DNA of 64,000 nucleotides from Candidatus Poribacteria bacterium (GCA_965218095.1 OZ244587.1:5824001-5888000), one strand, 5' to 3'; counted from the stretch's first letter, positions 33,267-43,897 are shown. Notes: generated by a model from the sequence alone, not told the origin. Made by a program: numbers and translations.

Positions 33267-36188
33267 ATGAAAAAAATTGCACACGCCAAAGACTGCCGGA
33301 TCTTTTTTCTGATATTGATGATCTGTTCCTGGCTTGTTCCGGTCACTCATGTATGCTCGCAAAGGACGCCGCGAATTAATGTGCTGTTTCCCGCGGGCGG
33401 TCAAGTTGGTACGACGGTTGATGTCTCTATCCAAGGGGCTGACCTCGATGATGCCCACATCCTGATCATTGAAGGAGAACCGGGGATTAGCGGTAATCTT
33501 TTCGCAGAAGGTGGTGAAGTTGATACAACCTATCAGGAGTTGTTCGAGGCGACTTGCACCCAATGCCATGAGTTGCGCTCACCAAGCAGCAGATCGATGA
33601 CCCCTGCGCAATGGGAAGCGACCGTGGATCGGATGATTAGGGAAAAAGGCGCCCCCATTGACCCGGAAGGTCGAGATAAAATCGTATCGTATCTAAAATC
33701 TGCAGCGAGAGCAGGTGGGGGACTCACTGCACGATTGACAATTGCCTCTGATGCTATGGTTGGCGATCGGGAAATTCGTATCGTGGGGAAGCATGGCGCC
33801 TCAACGGCTTGGCCCTTTGAGGTCAGCCAGCAGGTGGAAAAAATCGATACCGAGCCGAACAACACGATCGATGAAGCAACGGAGATTGAGATGCCGTTAC
33901 TCGTAAACGGTGCGATCGCCACCAGTGGTGATGAAGATTATTTCAAGTTTGAGGGTTACGCAGGCGATCGGTGCATTTTTAACGTCAAGGCATATTGGCT
34001 CAACAGTGCCAGCCAACAGTTCTTCAACCCGACAATCTCTCTGCTTGATGCGCAGGGGAAAGAGCTTGCCCGCAGCAATGGTTTCTACAGTCTTGATCCT
34101 CTGATTGATTATGAACTCCAAGCCGATAGCACATATTATCTCCGCATCCGAGATTTGCTTTATCGTGGCAGCCCCGTGGCAGTCTACCGCCTGACAATAG
34201 GGGTTATCCCTTATAACGCCTATATCTTCCCCACAGGTGGGCAGATTGGCACAGTGGTTGAAGGGGTTGTTGGCGGTGAAAACCTCCCCGAAACTTCGTG
34301 GACAATCGATCTCACCAGGGACACAAACCCCGAACTCAAAGAGATTTTCACACCGTACGGCGTTTTTCCGTTTATTGCGAGCAGCACGCCTGAAACTGCA
34401 GAGGTCGAAATGAACGGATTCGAGTATGCAGCCGCGGCTATGGGTGAAAGTGGTGATATTGAAGGCGAGATCCTTTTTCAAACGAAATGCAGCCAATGTC
34501 ATGAACTCCGTTCACCGAACAATCGGGCGCTTTCTGATGAAGAGTGGGCAGCGACCATTACGCGCATGGCGAACAAAGAAAACTCTGATATTTCGTCACC
34601 GGAACGCGATCGAATCATTGCTTTCATACAAGCGGAAGCGAAACGCTTGGGTGAATTGATAGCCCAACGGCTGAGACACGCCCAGGCAATTGACGTTCCC
34701 GGTGCGGTGAGTGGACGCATTTCCACACCCGGTGAGATTGATTATTACAAATTCACGATTCCTGAAGGGAAAACACTTGGGCCCTGGTGGGTCATCCAGC
34801 CATTCGACAATCCTAGTGAAACCGGTTTCGACACAGTCTACCCGCCCGAAACGGAGACAGATCTGAAGAAAGAGTATATCGGTAAAGGCGGGCGGAAGCT
34901 TCGTTAGTATCGATCCAATAGGACGGGCAACAACGTGTTTTCAAATGTCCCTGAAGATGACGTTGTTGGTTACGCGCTGACATACTATGAATCAGATCAG
35001 GATACCATAGAGATTTTGTCACTCGGGTCCGATGACGGCATTAAGGTCTGGGTCAATGATTAGCTAATCTTCAGTAAGCATGTCCATCGGGCGATTGCTC
35101 GTGCGCAAGATGTCATCGCTTTACCCCTTGTCAAAGGCCGTAACAAGATCCTTATCAAGGTTGAAAACGGCTATGGTCCCTGGGGGTTTTTCGCAACGAT
35201 TGGGGGATATTCGTTGGAACTTTCCGCCGATAAGCTCAGTTCACCCTTGAATCCGTCGTTGACCTTGCTAGACGTGGAAGGGAAGGTTCTGGCAAATAAC
35301 GTCGGTATCGGTGGGCGGCGTGATGCCCGGATTGACTATAGTTTTTCCAAGCCAGGCGCATATGCCCTGCGAATCGAGGACATTACCGGCCAGGGTGGCG
35401 CCGGCTACATCTATCGCTTGAGCGTCGCGCCGTCGATCCCTGATTTTGCCATTGATGTGACGCCAGACAATCCAAATATCGGGAGGGGCGGGACGGTTCT
35501 CTTAACCATCGTGGCGCCCCGCCGCGTCGGATTTACCGGGGAAATTGGCATAAAAGTGAAGAACCTGCCTCCTGGCGTGACAGCGAGCTCCGGTGCAATT
35601 TTGCAAGATACGAATCAAGGCTTCATTACGCTCACCGCGGCTCCTGATGCGCCATTAGGATACAGTGTTGTGCAGGTGATTGGCTCGGTGAGGACGACAA
35701 GCGATAAAGTGATTCAACGCGTTGCGACTCCTGTTGAGGCTTATCGCATCCAGAATCAACCGCTGACTGTGCAGCGCTCGAGCATCGTGGTGAGTGTGAC
35801 CGAAGAACCGAGAATCACGCTATCCGTTTCGCCAAAGCACGTTATAATTACACCGGGAAAACGGATCCCGCTGGAAGTCATCGCCCAGCGTCAGCTCGGC
35901 TCACGGCAAGAGCTCACTCTTACTGTTGTTGGATTGCCATCGGGGGTTTGTCCACAGCGCGCAGTTACCATTCTCAAGAGCAATCAGACCAGAACAACGC
36001 TCGTGCTGGAGCCGGTCATCGTTGGCGTTGGAATTACGAGGCGTCAAAATCCCTTCATTGGCCGAGAACTTGACACGCGCCCATACAACATTGTCGTCAA
36101 CGGTTCAGTTGGACAGAGACGAGTCGCTAGCAGCCCTGCCGTGCAGTTATCGATCGGAAAGGATCAGGGAAGGGAAATTGGGGAATGA
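33267..36188 (+). pseudogene. Secreted PPC-domain protein carrying two c-type cytochrome modules and a jelly-roll insert; two in-frame TAG codons
   Basis: Single frame 33267-36188 with TAG at 34905-07 and 35061-63; FPAGGQVG, CTQCH, CSQCH, EPNN...GDEDYFKF, LGSDDGIKVWVN. Confidence 0.8.
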
Positions 36189-36420
36189 AGGGTAATCAAT
36201 GGAGGCGGGCTCAACAGAAAACAATATCAAAGATCTGCAGCCGTGTTTGCAGATTCATCCCCAGTTGGCAGACGAGTCAACAGGCAACCTGAAAGGGTTT
36301 TTCTCCCGTGCCCACTTTCTTGCTTGCCCAGAAGTTGGGAGATGCCGTTGGCACAACCGGTTTCAACCATACTGACAAATTCCTTGTACGCTCTAGATAA
36401 TCCCAGGTAAGTTTTTTCCT

Positions 36421-36537
36421 TGAACTTATAGCGAGTAAAACGTGCTCTTCTCCCGTCAACCTGAACGAAGTGAAGGATCTCTTGCACTTTAACGAGGAGA
36501 TTCTTAGACTTCCAAGAAACTACCTGTAATGAGTTCA
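36421..36537. mobile_element. MITE-like dispersed repeat, copy 1
   Basis: Closely matches 53823-53952; imperfect TIR TGAACTYATWGCGRGT; REP-like core. Confidence 0.75.
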
Positions 36538-36799
36538 TTTTCAATAACTTGTTCACCGCACGAGGGGGCGAGGGAGTCCGATGGGATCGGACGAGCACGG
36601 AGAAGCGAGGGGGCAAGAACGGGTGATTTAACCCTGTGACTTAATCGTGCCACCGCACCGTTTTTCGGGGTTTTGTGTGGTCGAGAAATTGCCTCGAACC
36701 GCCATCAATGTTGCAAAGTGTAAAAAACATCAGAGCAACTATGTCCGATAACACAAGGGCTGCCACTTTGCCGAATCAGCTTTATTACGAATAGCACTT

Positions 36800-37315
36800 T
36801 CACTTGTTCAACGCCTTTCGCATAATCTGGCCTCGCTGAACGTAGTCCTCCCTCCCAAGCCGTACGCGCTCCAAATCCGCCGGCGTGACCTCCCGCCTTA
36901 TTTGCGCCGGAACCCCCATTGCCAATGCCTCTGATGGGATTTCCTGCCCTTCCCGGACAACGGCGCCGGCAGCAACAATCGCCCGCTCGCCGATTTTTGC
37001 GCCAGTCAAAATAACCGCTCCCATCGAAATCATCGCGCCATCGCCAACTGTGCAGCCGTGCACAATTGCCCCATGACCGATCGTTACGTCGTCTCCGATG
37101 AGGCAGGGAAAACCCGGATCGAGATGCACAATCGCGCCATCCTGAATGTTCGTGCGCTCTCCAACTTCAATCCACTCCAAATCACCGCGCAGAACGCAAT
37201 TGAACCAGATACTCGATTCCTCGCCAACGGTGACATCTCCCATAATCATCGCACCGGGGGCGATGAAGGCGGATAGATGGATCTTTGGTAATATATCTTG
37301 ATAAGCTATCTGCAT
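36800..37315 (-). CDS. Gamma carbonic anhydrase family protein
   Basis: Hexapeptide repeats, VLRGD, TNIQDG, VTIGHGAIVHGC. Confidence 0.92.
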   Translation of the reverse strand: MQIAYQDILPKIHLSAFIAPGAMIMGDVTVGEESSIWFNCVLRGDLEWIEVGERTNIQDGAIVHLDPGFPCLIGDDVTIGHGAIVHGCTVGDGAMISMGAVILTGAKIGERAIVAAGAVVREGQEIPSEALAMGVPAQIRREVTPADLERVRLGREDYVQRGQIMRKALNK

Positions 37316-37425
37316 TTTTCCTCCAAATCTGATTGATAAGTCATAAATTTTATCATGCTTCGGGGCACTAGACAAGAAAATCTCTGCTTCAAATCATTAT
37401 CCTCCAGCGATGTCAAGTTTACCAA

Positions 37426-37454
37426 TTGACAACAAAAGCCCGCCGTGCTACAAT
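37426..37454 (+). promoter_or_regulatory. Sigma70-type promoter
   Basis: TTGACA-17 bp-TACAAT upstream of the SDR gene. Confidence 0.65.
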
Positions 37455-37497
37455 TCCAAACGCCCTATCTTTCAAACCCATCAATCAGGAGAGGAAT

Positions 37498-38247
37498 ATG
37501 CAGCAGTTAGCAAACAAAGTTGCAGTGATTACCGGTGGCTCAACAGGGATCGGTGCGGCATCAGCGATTCTCTACGCGCGAGCGGGGGCAAAGGTCGTCG
37601 TCGGTGATATAAACATCGAAGATGGCGAAAAGACGGTGGCGTCTATCCAATCCGAAGGTGGAGCCGCTAAATTTGTCCATACCGATGTCACTGTGGAACC
37701 CGAAGTCGCGGCTTTGATAAAGACCGCGGACGAAGCATTTGGGCGGCTGAACGTGCTGGTGACATCCGCAGGCATTTTGAGCGGTCCAAGTATCCGAGTC
37801 GATCAATTCGACGAAGCGATGTTTGAGTCAGTGATTGACGTAAATCTCAAAGGCACATTTCTGTCGATTAAGCATGCTGTGCCAATTATGGAACGCAGTG
37901 GTGGCGGCGTCATCCTGTGTATCGCTTCTAGTGCGGGTGTACGTGGGGGTAGTTCATCAGTGGCGTACGGCTCAAGCAAAGGGGGTGTAAATGGGCTGGT
38001 GTTGACTGTCACACCACAACTTGCGCCACTCAATATTCGGGTTCACGCGATCTGTCCCGGCAGCATTGCTACTCCTCTGAAACTCAGGCAAATCGCTAAG
38101 TCTGCTGAACGATCAGGACAATCCCCGGAAGCTGCTGTTGAGAATGCATGCCAATCGTTAGGCGAGCCGGAGGGCGTTGCGCGTGTACTGACGCTCCTAG
38201 CGTCTGATGATGCTTCATATGTTCGGGGCACAATCTCCACGCGGTGA
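37498..38247 (+). CDS. SDR family oxidoreductase
   Basis: TGGSTGIG, YGSSK, ICPG. Confidence 0.92.
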   Translation: MQQLANKVAVITGGSTGIGAASAILYARAGAKVVVGDINIEDGEKTVASIQSEGGAAKFVHTDVTVEPEVAALIKTADEAFGRLNVLVTSAGILSGPSIRVDQFDEAMFESVIDVNLKGTFLSIKHAVPIMERSGGGVILCIASSAGVRGGSSSVAYGSSKGGVNGLVLTVTPQLAPLNIRVHAICPGSIATPLKLRQIAKSAERSGQSPEAAVENACQSLGEPEGVARVLTLLASDDASYVRGTISTR

Positions 38248-38664
38248 TCGAATTGAAGGTCGATCTCCTCATTGCTTCAATGAATGCGCATACAAAATCT
38301 TGTACAGTGGAATTAGGCGAATGAAGCCGCGTTTGGCTGTCGACAGATGGGGCAATACGTAAGATTCGAACTGTTTGTCAATTGTACCGGTATTTGCTTT
38401 TGCATTTGTTAAAAGTTTCAACCGGTTCTGCAACAAAGTGTGTGCTTATGAACACACACTTCTATTTCCTCCTCTCCCAAATGTGGTTTACTTAACACAC
38501 TTTCCCCTCCCTATCCGCTTCGTTTTACCTCTCCTTTTCTTCTAATCCGTACAAACCCTCTCCTCGTAAGGGATTCATGGTTTTGGCATACTCCTTGCCT
38601 GACAGAGATTAATCTATTGATTTCGTTAAACCAAATAACAATTTGGAGTGAGGAGGACAAAATC

Positions 38665-39408
38665 ATGTTAGTTCGCATGTCATTTACAATAACAATCTCC
38701 ATTTTCCTAGCGGGATTGGTCTGTTGCTTTATGTTTGGCTGTGACGATCAATCAGAAGCATCTCCTGCACACCCTGAAATTCAGATCTTGCAGGTTGGTG
38801 CATTTCACAGTGATGAAGTATCCGCAAAGTCAGGTGAAGTCTGGCTGGGATTGTATCTGACGCAAAATGGATATGAGTTAATCCCTTCAAGGATTACAGT
38901 AGAAGCTGTTTATGATCCGCTAGTTGATGCTGAAGGGGAGAAAACCGGCAAAGTAGTATCGGTAAGAAGCCCAATCGAGCCGATTTTTCTGGTGCAGAGC
39001 TTGGGAATGCTGAAAAGCGGAACCGTCAAGACGCTATTTTCTGAGCAAACAATTTTGGCTCCGGGCAAGTCTCTGAGTTTTACATTTGACAACAAAGCTG
39101 AGTATTATTTGACGGCGTTTGGTGAGGGAAGCATAGATTCGACCGGGTTTACTTCACTTCAAAACTACACAGTTGAGCTATCGCGGGGACAGTTGTCACA
39201 GGTAATTCTTTCATATAGCTCGACAAATGATGCCGTACCAAGTCTCCTTTGGGCTGGGGATTTGGATCGAGACGGTAAATTGGACTTACTTGTTAACGCA
39301 ACCCCTCATTATGTCGTATATTCAGCGTCGACACTGTTTCTTTCGTCCATGGCTGAAGACGGTAAATTATTGCAGAAAGTCGCCATGTTCGTTGCTTCTG
39401 GATGTTAG
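38665..39408 (+). CDS. Hypothetical lipoprotein with FG-GAP/EF-like loop
   Basis: Lipobox-like MFGC; WAGDLDRDGKLDL; SD GAGGAGG. Confidence 0.7.
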   Translation: MLVRMSFTITISIFLAGLVCCFMFGCDDQSEASPAHPEIQILQVGAFHSDEVSAKSGEVWLGLYLTQNGYELIPSRITVEAVYDPLVDAEGEKTGKVVSVRSPIEPIFLVQSLGMLKSGTVKTLFSEQTILAPGKSLSFTFDNKAEYYLTAFGEGSIDSTGFTSLQNYTVELSRGQLSQVILSYSSTNDAVPSLLWAGDLDRDGKLDLLVNATPHYVVYSASTLFLSSMAEDGKLLQKVAMFVASGC

Positions 39409-39430
39409 TTGAACTGAGGAGGAGACTTGA

Positions 39431-41187
39431 GTGTGTTTCTGTGTAGCAAGATGTAATGGGGGTTTGAATCCCCTGACAGTAACTTGCAACTGTCAGCCTA
39501 ACCTTAACAGCGTCGCTGGAAACGGCGGGGTTGGAAGCAAAGGGACAAGGCGAACACCCTATGGGAATGTAGACCCAAAAATAGGTGTGTCAGGCTAAAG
39601 ACGGCAAGGCTAAAGCGAAAGTTGAACTGATGTTTGAAGCCCCGTTACCTCCAAACGGGTTAATCTACAAAGGGAAGAATTGAGATAACTTCCTAGTATC
39701 AGTCTGTAGACAAGAATGTCAAAGTGGCGTGGGTGACTTTTTTGTAATAAGTCACAATAGGAAGGTGTTTTCAAGTTACGCCTTCTAGCAAGTCGAATGC
39801 CATCGGGGTAAAATCAGAGCCTAAACCGTCTGCGAATGTACATCTTGTAAGAACAGGAAAGTCCCTAAGTTTCTCATTGAGAAATATGGGAGAGGAGATT
39901 CGATAGACTTATCATAACCCAAGTTGCGACCTATTCATCGAATATGTGAGTGAACTCAGAGCTGATTGATACTGCTAGCCAATACAAACAAGACCACTTT
40001 CAATTCAAATCCGTGTTGCGTTACTGCATGGATTGAACGTGGAAGCAGTTTGTTAATCAAACTGCCAGCCGTCTCAACAGACTTACGATGGTAATTAGCC
40101 AAGTAGGTCTCCCATGGTGGATACAGCCGCTTGGAATTCTTCTTGCGTACTGGCTTTAATTCGACTCCGACTGATGTAACAATATCTTCTATCTCATAAT
40201 TATTGTATGCTTTGTCACCATAGCCCGGTGGCAAGTCGAAGTCAAACCACTGTAACCCTTCAACGTCCCCTGTACTGGCTGGGGTCACAAAAAATTCAAC
40301 AGGGTGTCGACTCGCAGTCACTAGCAGATGAACTTTCAAGCCATAGAAATACCGACGTTTGGACGCTTGATAGCCTCGATATGCCTTATCGGTGTAGATT
40401 TTTGACCGACGAATGCGGAACAAACAGCAATTGGTATGGTATCCAGTGCATAGATTTTCTGTTGATTAAGTTGCACATAGCTTCGTCCCAAGATTTTGAA
40501 CAATGTGGTGAACATCGGTTTAATTCGATGAAGTCGTCGGTTGAATCGACTTTTTGAAAGCATCTTGGGTATATAGCCATGAGTCTTTAGAAAGTCACAA
40601 GTGGTTTGCAAGTTTGCCCCGAAGAACAACGCAACGACGATGCCGGTGGTCATCACTTCGGCATCAGACATCTGCGTTTGTGGGTGTGGTTTTGAGTTGA
40701 GTGCTTCTAAGAGCTTGTCACAGAGATAGAAAATGGTTGCAATTTGGATGTCCATGGGTTTCTCCTTTGGTTTCTCCTTTGAGGTATTATGGTTTGGATT
40801 ACCTCTACTTTAACGGAAAACCCATGGATTTTCAATTACTAGCAACTTGGGTTATCATAAGTCAAGCCGAATCAGAGTCATGGTTTTAGAAGGATTCTGA
40901 AATAGGTTTATCGCTACGGAGATAATCAGGGTAACATGAAACCTGTCCACCGAGCGGATTAGACATTATGTCTGAGAATCTAAAGGAATCCGGACAAAGC
41001 GGTTGCAAATAGTGATACAATAACCTGTAAAGGAAGTCTAAGGGCAACGCAACCTATCGCAACCTTAGAACCCTCAAACCATCTACAGTTTAATCGCCAC
41101 TTATGACTGGGCAAGCCGTATGCGGCGAAAGTCGCACGTACGGTTTAGAAGCAGGGAAAATTCCGCGAGAAATCTACCTATGCTTAC
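39431..41187 (+). ncRNA. ORF-less group II intron (IIB-like), interrupted by IS982 in domain III
   Basis: 5' GTGTG; canonical 34-nt DV AAGCCGTATGCGGCGAAAGTCGCACGTACGGTTT (41113-41146); DVI with bulged A 41180 and AC 3' end; EBS1 TCAAGT (39771-76) complementary to IBS1 ACTTGA (39425-30); alpha/alpha' TTGCAA/TTGTAA. Confidence 0.9.
39917..40852 (-). mobile_element. IS982 family element with frameshifted transposase (40755-39956)
   Basis: TIR ACCCAAGTTGC; 7-bp TSD TATCATA; MSDAEVMT, SRFNRR, YFYGLKVH, GDKAY, RKSVET. Confidence 0.92.
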
Positions 41188-41408
41188 TGGGGGACAAACG
41201 AAAAGAGAAGCTAGGCCTCAGATTAAGGGCATCGAAAGAATGGGTTGCGTGTTTTGGGACGAACGCAAAATCCTTAATCGAAATCCCGTGGGAAAGGGGG
41301 GTGGAGTTTTCGGCCGCAGAATGTATGGCAATTGCTGCGTCCGCACAGGAATTTCAGCGTGGTGAAAGCTCAGAAGTACGCAACAGCAACTGCGTGATAC
41401 GCCTATAG
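41188..41408 (+). CDS. 3' exon ORF (73 aa) whose ATG is formed only by splicing (A39430|TG)
   Basis: Ligated exons read GAGGAGGAGACTTG-ATG-GGG-GAC..., open to TAG at 41408; no recognisable homology. Confidence 0.35.
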
Positions 41409-41601
41409 CCATATTTCGGATAACGGGCAGATAGTTTTTCGATTTCATCTCGTAGCACTTCGTAGCACTGGTTCTAAGGGGTCGCTTTTAGGTTGATAAT
41501 AGAGACTGCTCCGATTGAAGCCGAGAACCTCACAAATGTGTCGAACCGAGTAATCGGTATGTAAAGCCTCAACTATCTGTCGCTTTTGAGACCGATTCAA
41601 G

Positions 41602-41959
41602 TCAGCCAAGTCGAGGCTTTTTTTGGATGTCTAATGCCAGGGTCAATCGACCGACGAGTTGCTCCAGTTGAGCAATCCGCTCTTTAGAGTCGTTGGATTG
41701 CTTATCAGTGGATTCAAAGAGAATCGCTGCGTTGTCAAGGAGTTGGTGTTTCCACTTTGATAGTTGTTCTTCGCTGAGGTTATGCTGTCGACAGAGTTGC
41801 GCTTGTGAACTTTGGTTGGTAAGTGCCTCAATAACGACTTCCGCCTTAAATTGGGGTGTGAATCTTCTTCGTTTTGCCATCGGATTCTCCTTTCAATCTG
41901 ACTGTCATTGTATCACAATCTTGGTTTAGACAATGGGCTAAATTTCCGATGGCAGTACA
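41602..41959 (-). mobile_element. IS3 family left end and OrfA (41880-41602), truncated
   Basis: TGTACTGCC...AATTTAG terminal repeat; MAKRRRFTPQFKAEVV HTH. Confidence 0.85.
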
Positions 41960-42420
41960 GTAATTTAGACCACAAATAAGCAAAGTTAAACCAAGTGTTG
42001 TTGCTCAAATTCACTCGGCGTCAAATACCCTAACGCCGAGTGAGGTCGTTTCTGGTTATAAACTTGTCCAATAAAATGCCCGATTCGCGCTCTGGCATCC
42101 ATTATATCATCGTAGCCATTGAGATACACCTCTTCCTCCTTGAGGGTTCTTATCAGTCTTTCGGCGTAGCCGTTCTCCCACGGACACCCCCGATGGGCTA
42201 AGGAGATGTCAATCCCATGACCGATGAGAGTGGAAATATAAGCTGTCGAAAGATACTCAACTCCCTGGTCGCTAGGGTGAATCTCTGGAATGCTTTGGCT
42301 TAATGCCTGTTGCAACGGTCTCAATGTGAGAGGTTGTGTCAACTGCCGACTCAGTTGCCAGCCTCTTCCCATTCGAGTCAATACATCGATTAACACCGAA
42401 ACATAGATGAATTGCCCCCC
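41960..42420 (-). mobile_element. IS3 family integrase-core (OrfB) 3' remnant with partial right IR
   Basis: SDQG, ENGYAERLIRTLKEE, YNQKRPHSALGYLTP; partial IR GTGGTCTAAATTAC. Confidence 0.85.
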
Positions 42421-43026
42421 CGATAAGATCGGGATTCAAAGCAACTTGAGATGTTGCGCAATGCGAGTTTTGACAAAAACCTTCCCTTTACAACCGTTTT
42501 AGTTGACAGTTGGTATGCCTCCCGTCAAGTGCTTGTTTACATTCAACGGCTTGAAAAGGTCTACTATTGTCCGCTAAAGAGCAACCGTCGTGTTGACGAT
42601 TCGGATGGCAAACACCCACACCAAAGAATTGACCAACTCAACTGGAGTGAAACCCAACAGACCCATGGGAAATCCATCCACCTGAAGAATTTCCCCAAAG
42701 GTCATCGAGTGAAGTTTGTGCGCTCCACCGAGCGCACGGAATATGTCGTGACCAACGACCTCACTCAAGATTCGACGACTCGTTGGAAGATTGAGCAATT
42801 TCACCGACAAGCCAAACAGGTCACCGGTCTTCAACGCTGCCAGTGTCGCAAACAGAGGGGGGTGAGAAATCATATTGGGTGTTCGATGTGAGTCCGGGTC
42901 AAACTCAATCGTCTTGCCCGTCAGACCGGCAAGATGATTTACCAACTCAAGGAGTCACTGCTTGACGATTATCTGCGTCAGCAACTGCTTTCACCTTTTA
43001 TTCCAATGACTCTTGCGTAAGTCCTA
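42421..43026 (+). mobile_element. IS701 family transposase 3' remnant
   Basis: VLVDSWYA, YYCPLKSNR, RWKIEQFHRQAKQVTG, CQCRK..RNHI; end TGCGTAAGTCCT. Confidence 0.8.
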
Positions 43027-43048
43027 AACTTTTGATGGAGGTGTCAAA

Positions 43049-43897
43049 ATGAACAACGCAAAACCGCATGTTGTGTATCTATCAAGCAGCGCACATAACG
43101 ACTGGCGAGAGCCGGTGAAAGCTAAATATCCGGATGACGATTGGGTTATTTTCGTTGGGCCTTGTGAGGAGCACGGACTCAGCGACGCAATGGGAGCGCC
43201 GGGGGATGTGAAACCTGGGCATAAACTTCGTATCATGCAGATGCTCAGTAAAAGCGACTTCTTATTCGGCTATATTCCGAATGACCGCTACAGGTCCTTC
43301 AATATCATGCTGGAGATTGGAATCGCACGCGCATGGCGAAGGAAGATTCTCTTTGTCAATGAAGCAAGAAGTCTGGATGAAGAGGTAAGGTGTGCTCAAC
43401 CTTATGTCGATGAATCATTTGACTCGTTGTCAGCGGGGTTGGATCGACTCCATCAATTCATCACTGTGGATGGAGGCGTCCCTTCCGAAAATCGTGTGTT
43501 GAGACCCGAAGTCCAGCAGCCTGTCAAGCCTACCGGTCGTGTCGAGCATAAAATCTATCTCTCAGGTAGCAGCGACCCCGGGTGGGTGAATCATGTCCAA
43601 ACGCATTATTGTGATGATGAAGCGGTCACCCTCATCGTCGAGGCAGGCTTAGACGCCGTTGCGGACAGTGACATCTTACTCGCTTGCCGGACAAGCAGCG
43701 AAGGAAGACTTTTCAATCTCTCCCTCGTGGTAGGCTACGCCAGCACCCTCGGCAAACGCATCCTGTTTGTCAACGAAGGTGATCACCACTCCCATGCGTA
43801 TGATTATGTCAAACCGTTTTCGGATGGCTACTTCACCAACCTTGATGAAGGCTTGCGCTATCTCGATTACGCTGTGGGTATCGAAGAACGGTTATAA
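43049..43897 (+). CDS. Tandem YtoQ-like / nucleoside 2-deoxyribosyltransferase-fold protein
   Basis: Two related halves: VYLSSSAHNDWRE...FNIMLEIGIA...KILFVNE and IYLSGSSDPGW...FNLSLVVGYA...RILFVNE; SD GGAGG. Confidence 0.75.
   Translation: MNNAKPHVVYLSSSAHNDWREPVKAKYPDDDWVIFVGPCEEHGLSDAMGAPGDVKPGHKLRIMQMLSKSDFLFGYIPNDRYRSFNIMLEIGIARAWRRKILFVNEARSLDEEVRCAQPYVDESFDSLSAGLDRLHQFITVDGGVPSENRVLRPEVQQPVKPTGRVEHKIYLSGSSDPGWVNHVQTHYCDDEAVTLIVEAGLDAVADSDILLACRTSSEGRLFNLSLVVGYASTLGKRILFVNEGDHHSHAYDYVKPFSDGYFTNLDEGLRYLDYAVGIEERL

Noticed and set aside
4936-35063. Genome-wide TAG reassignment (alternative genetic code)
   Set aside because: Intact genes such as nusB, hisS and rpe end at TAG. Internal TAA stops and frameshifts occur in the same broken genes, and the residue expected at the TAG sites varies.
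36227-36616. 129-aa ORF sharing QEI.H.V...GR..RFTRYKF with the ORF at 53649-53888
   Set aside because: The similarity comes from translating the same MITE, so it is not a protein family
39431-41187. Retron, DGR or RT-encoding intron
   Set aside because: No reverse transcriptase (YxDD) ORF was found in DIV or elsewhere in the window; the ORFs inside the intron belong to IS982
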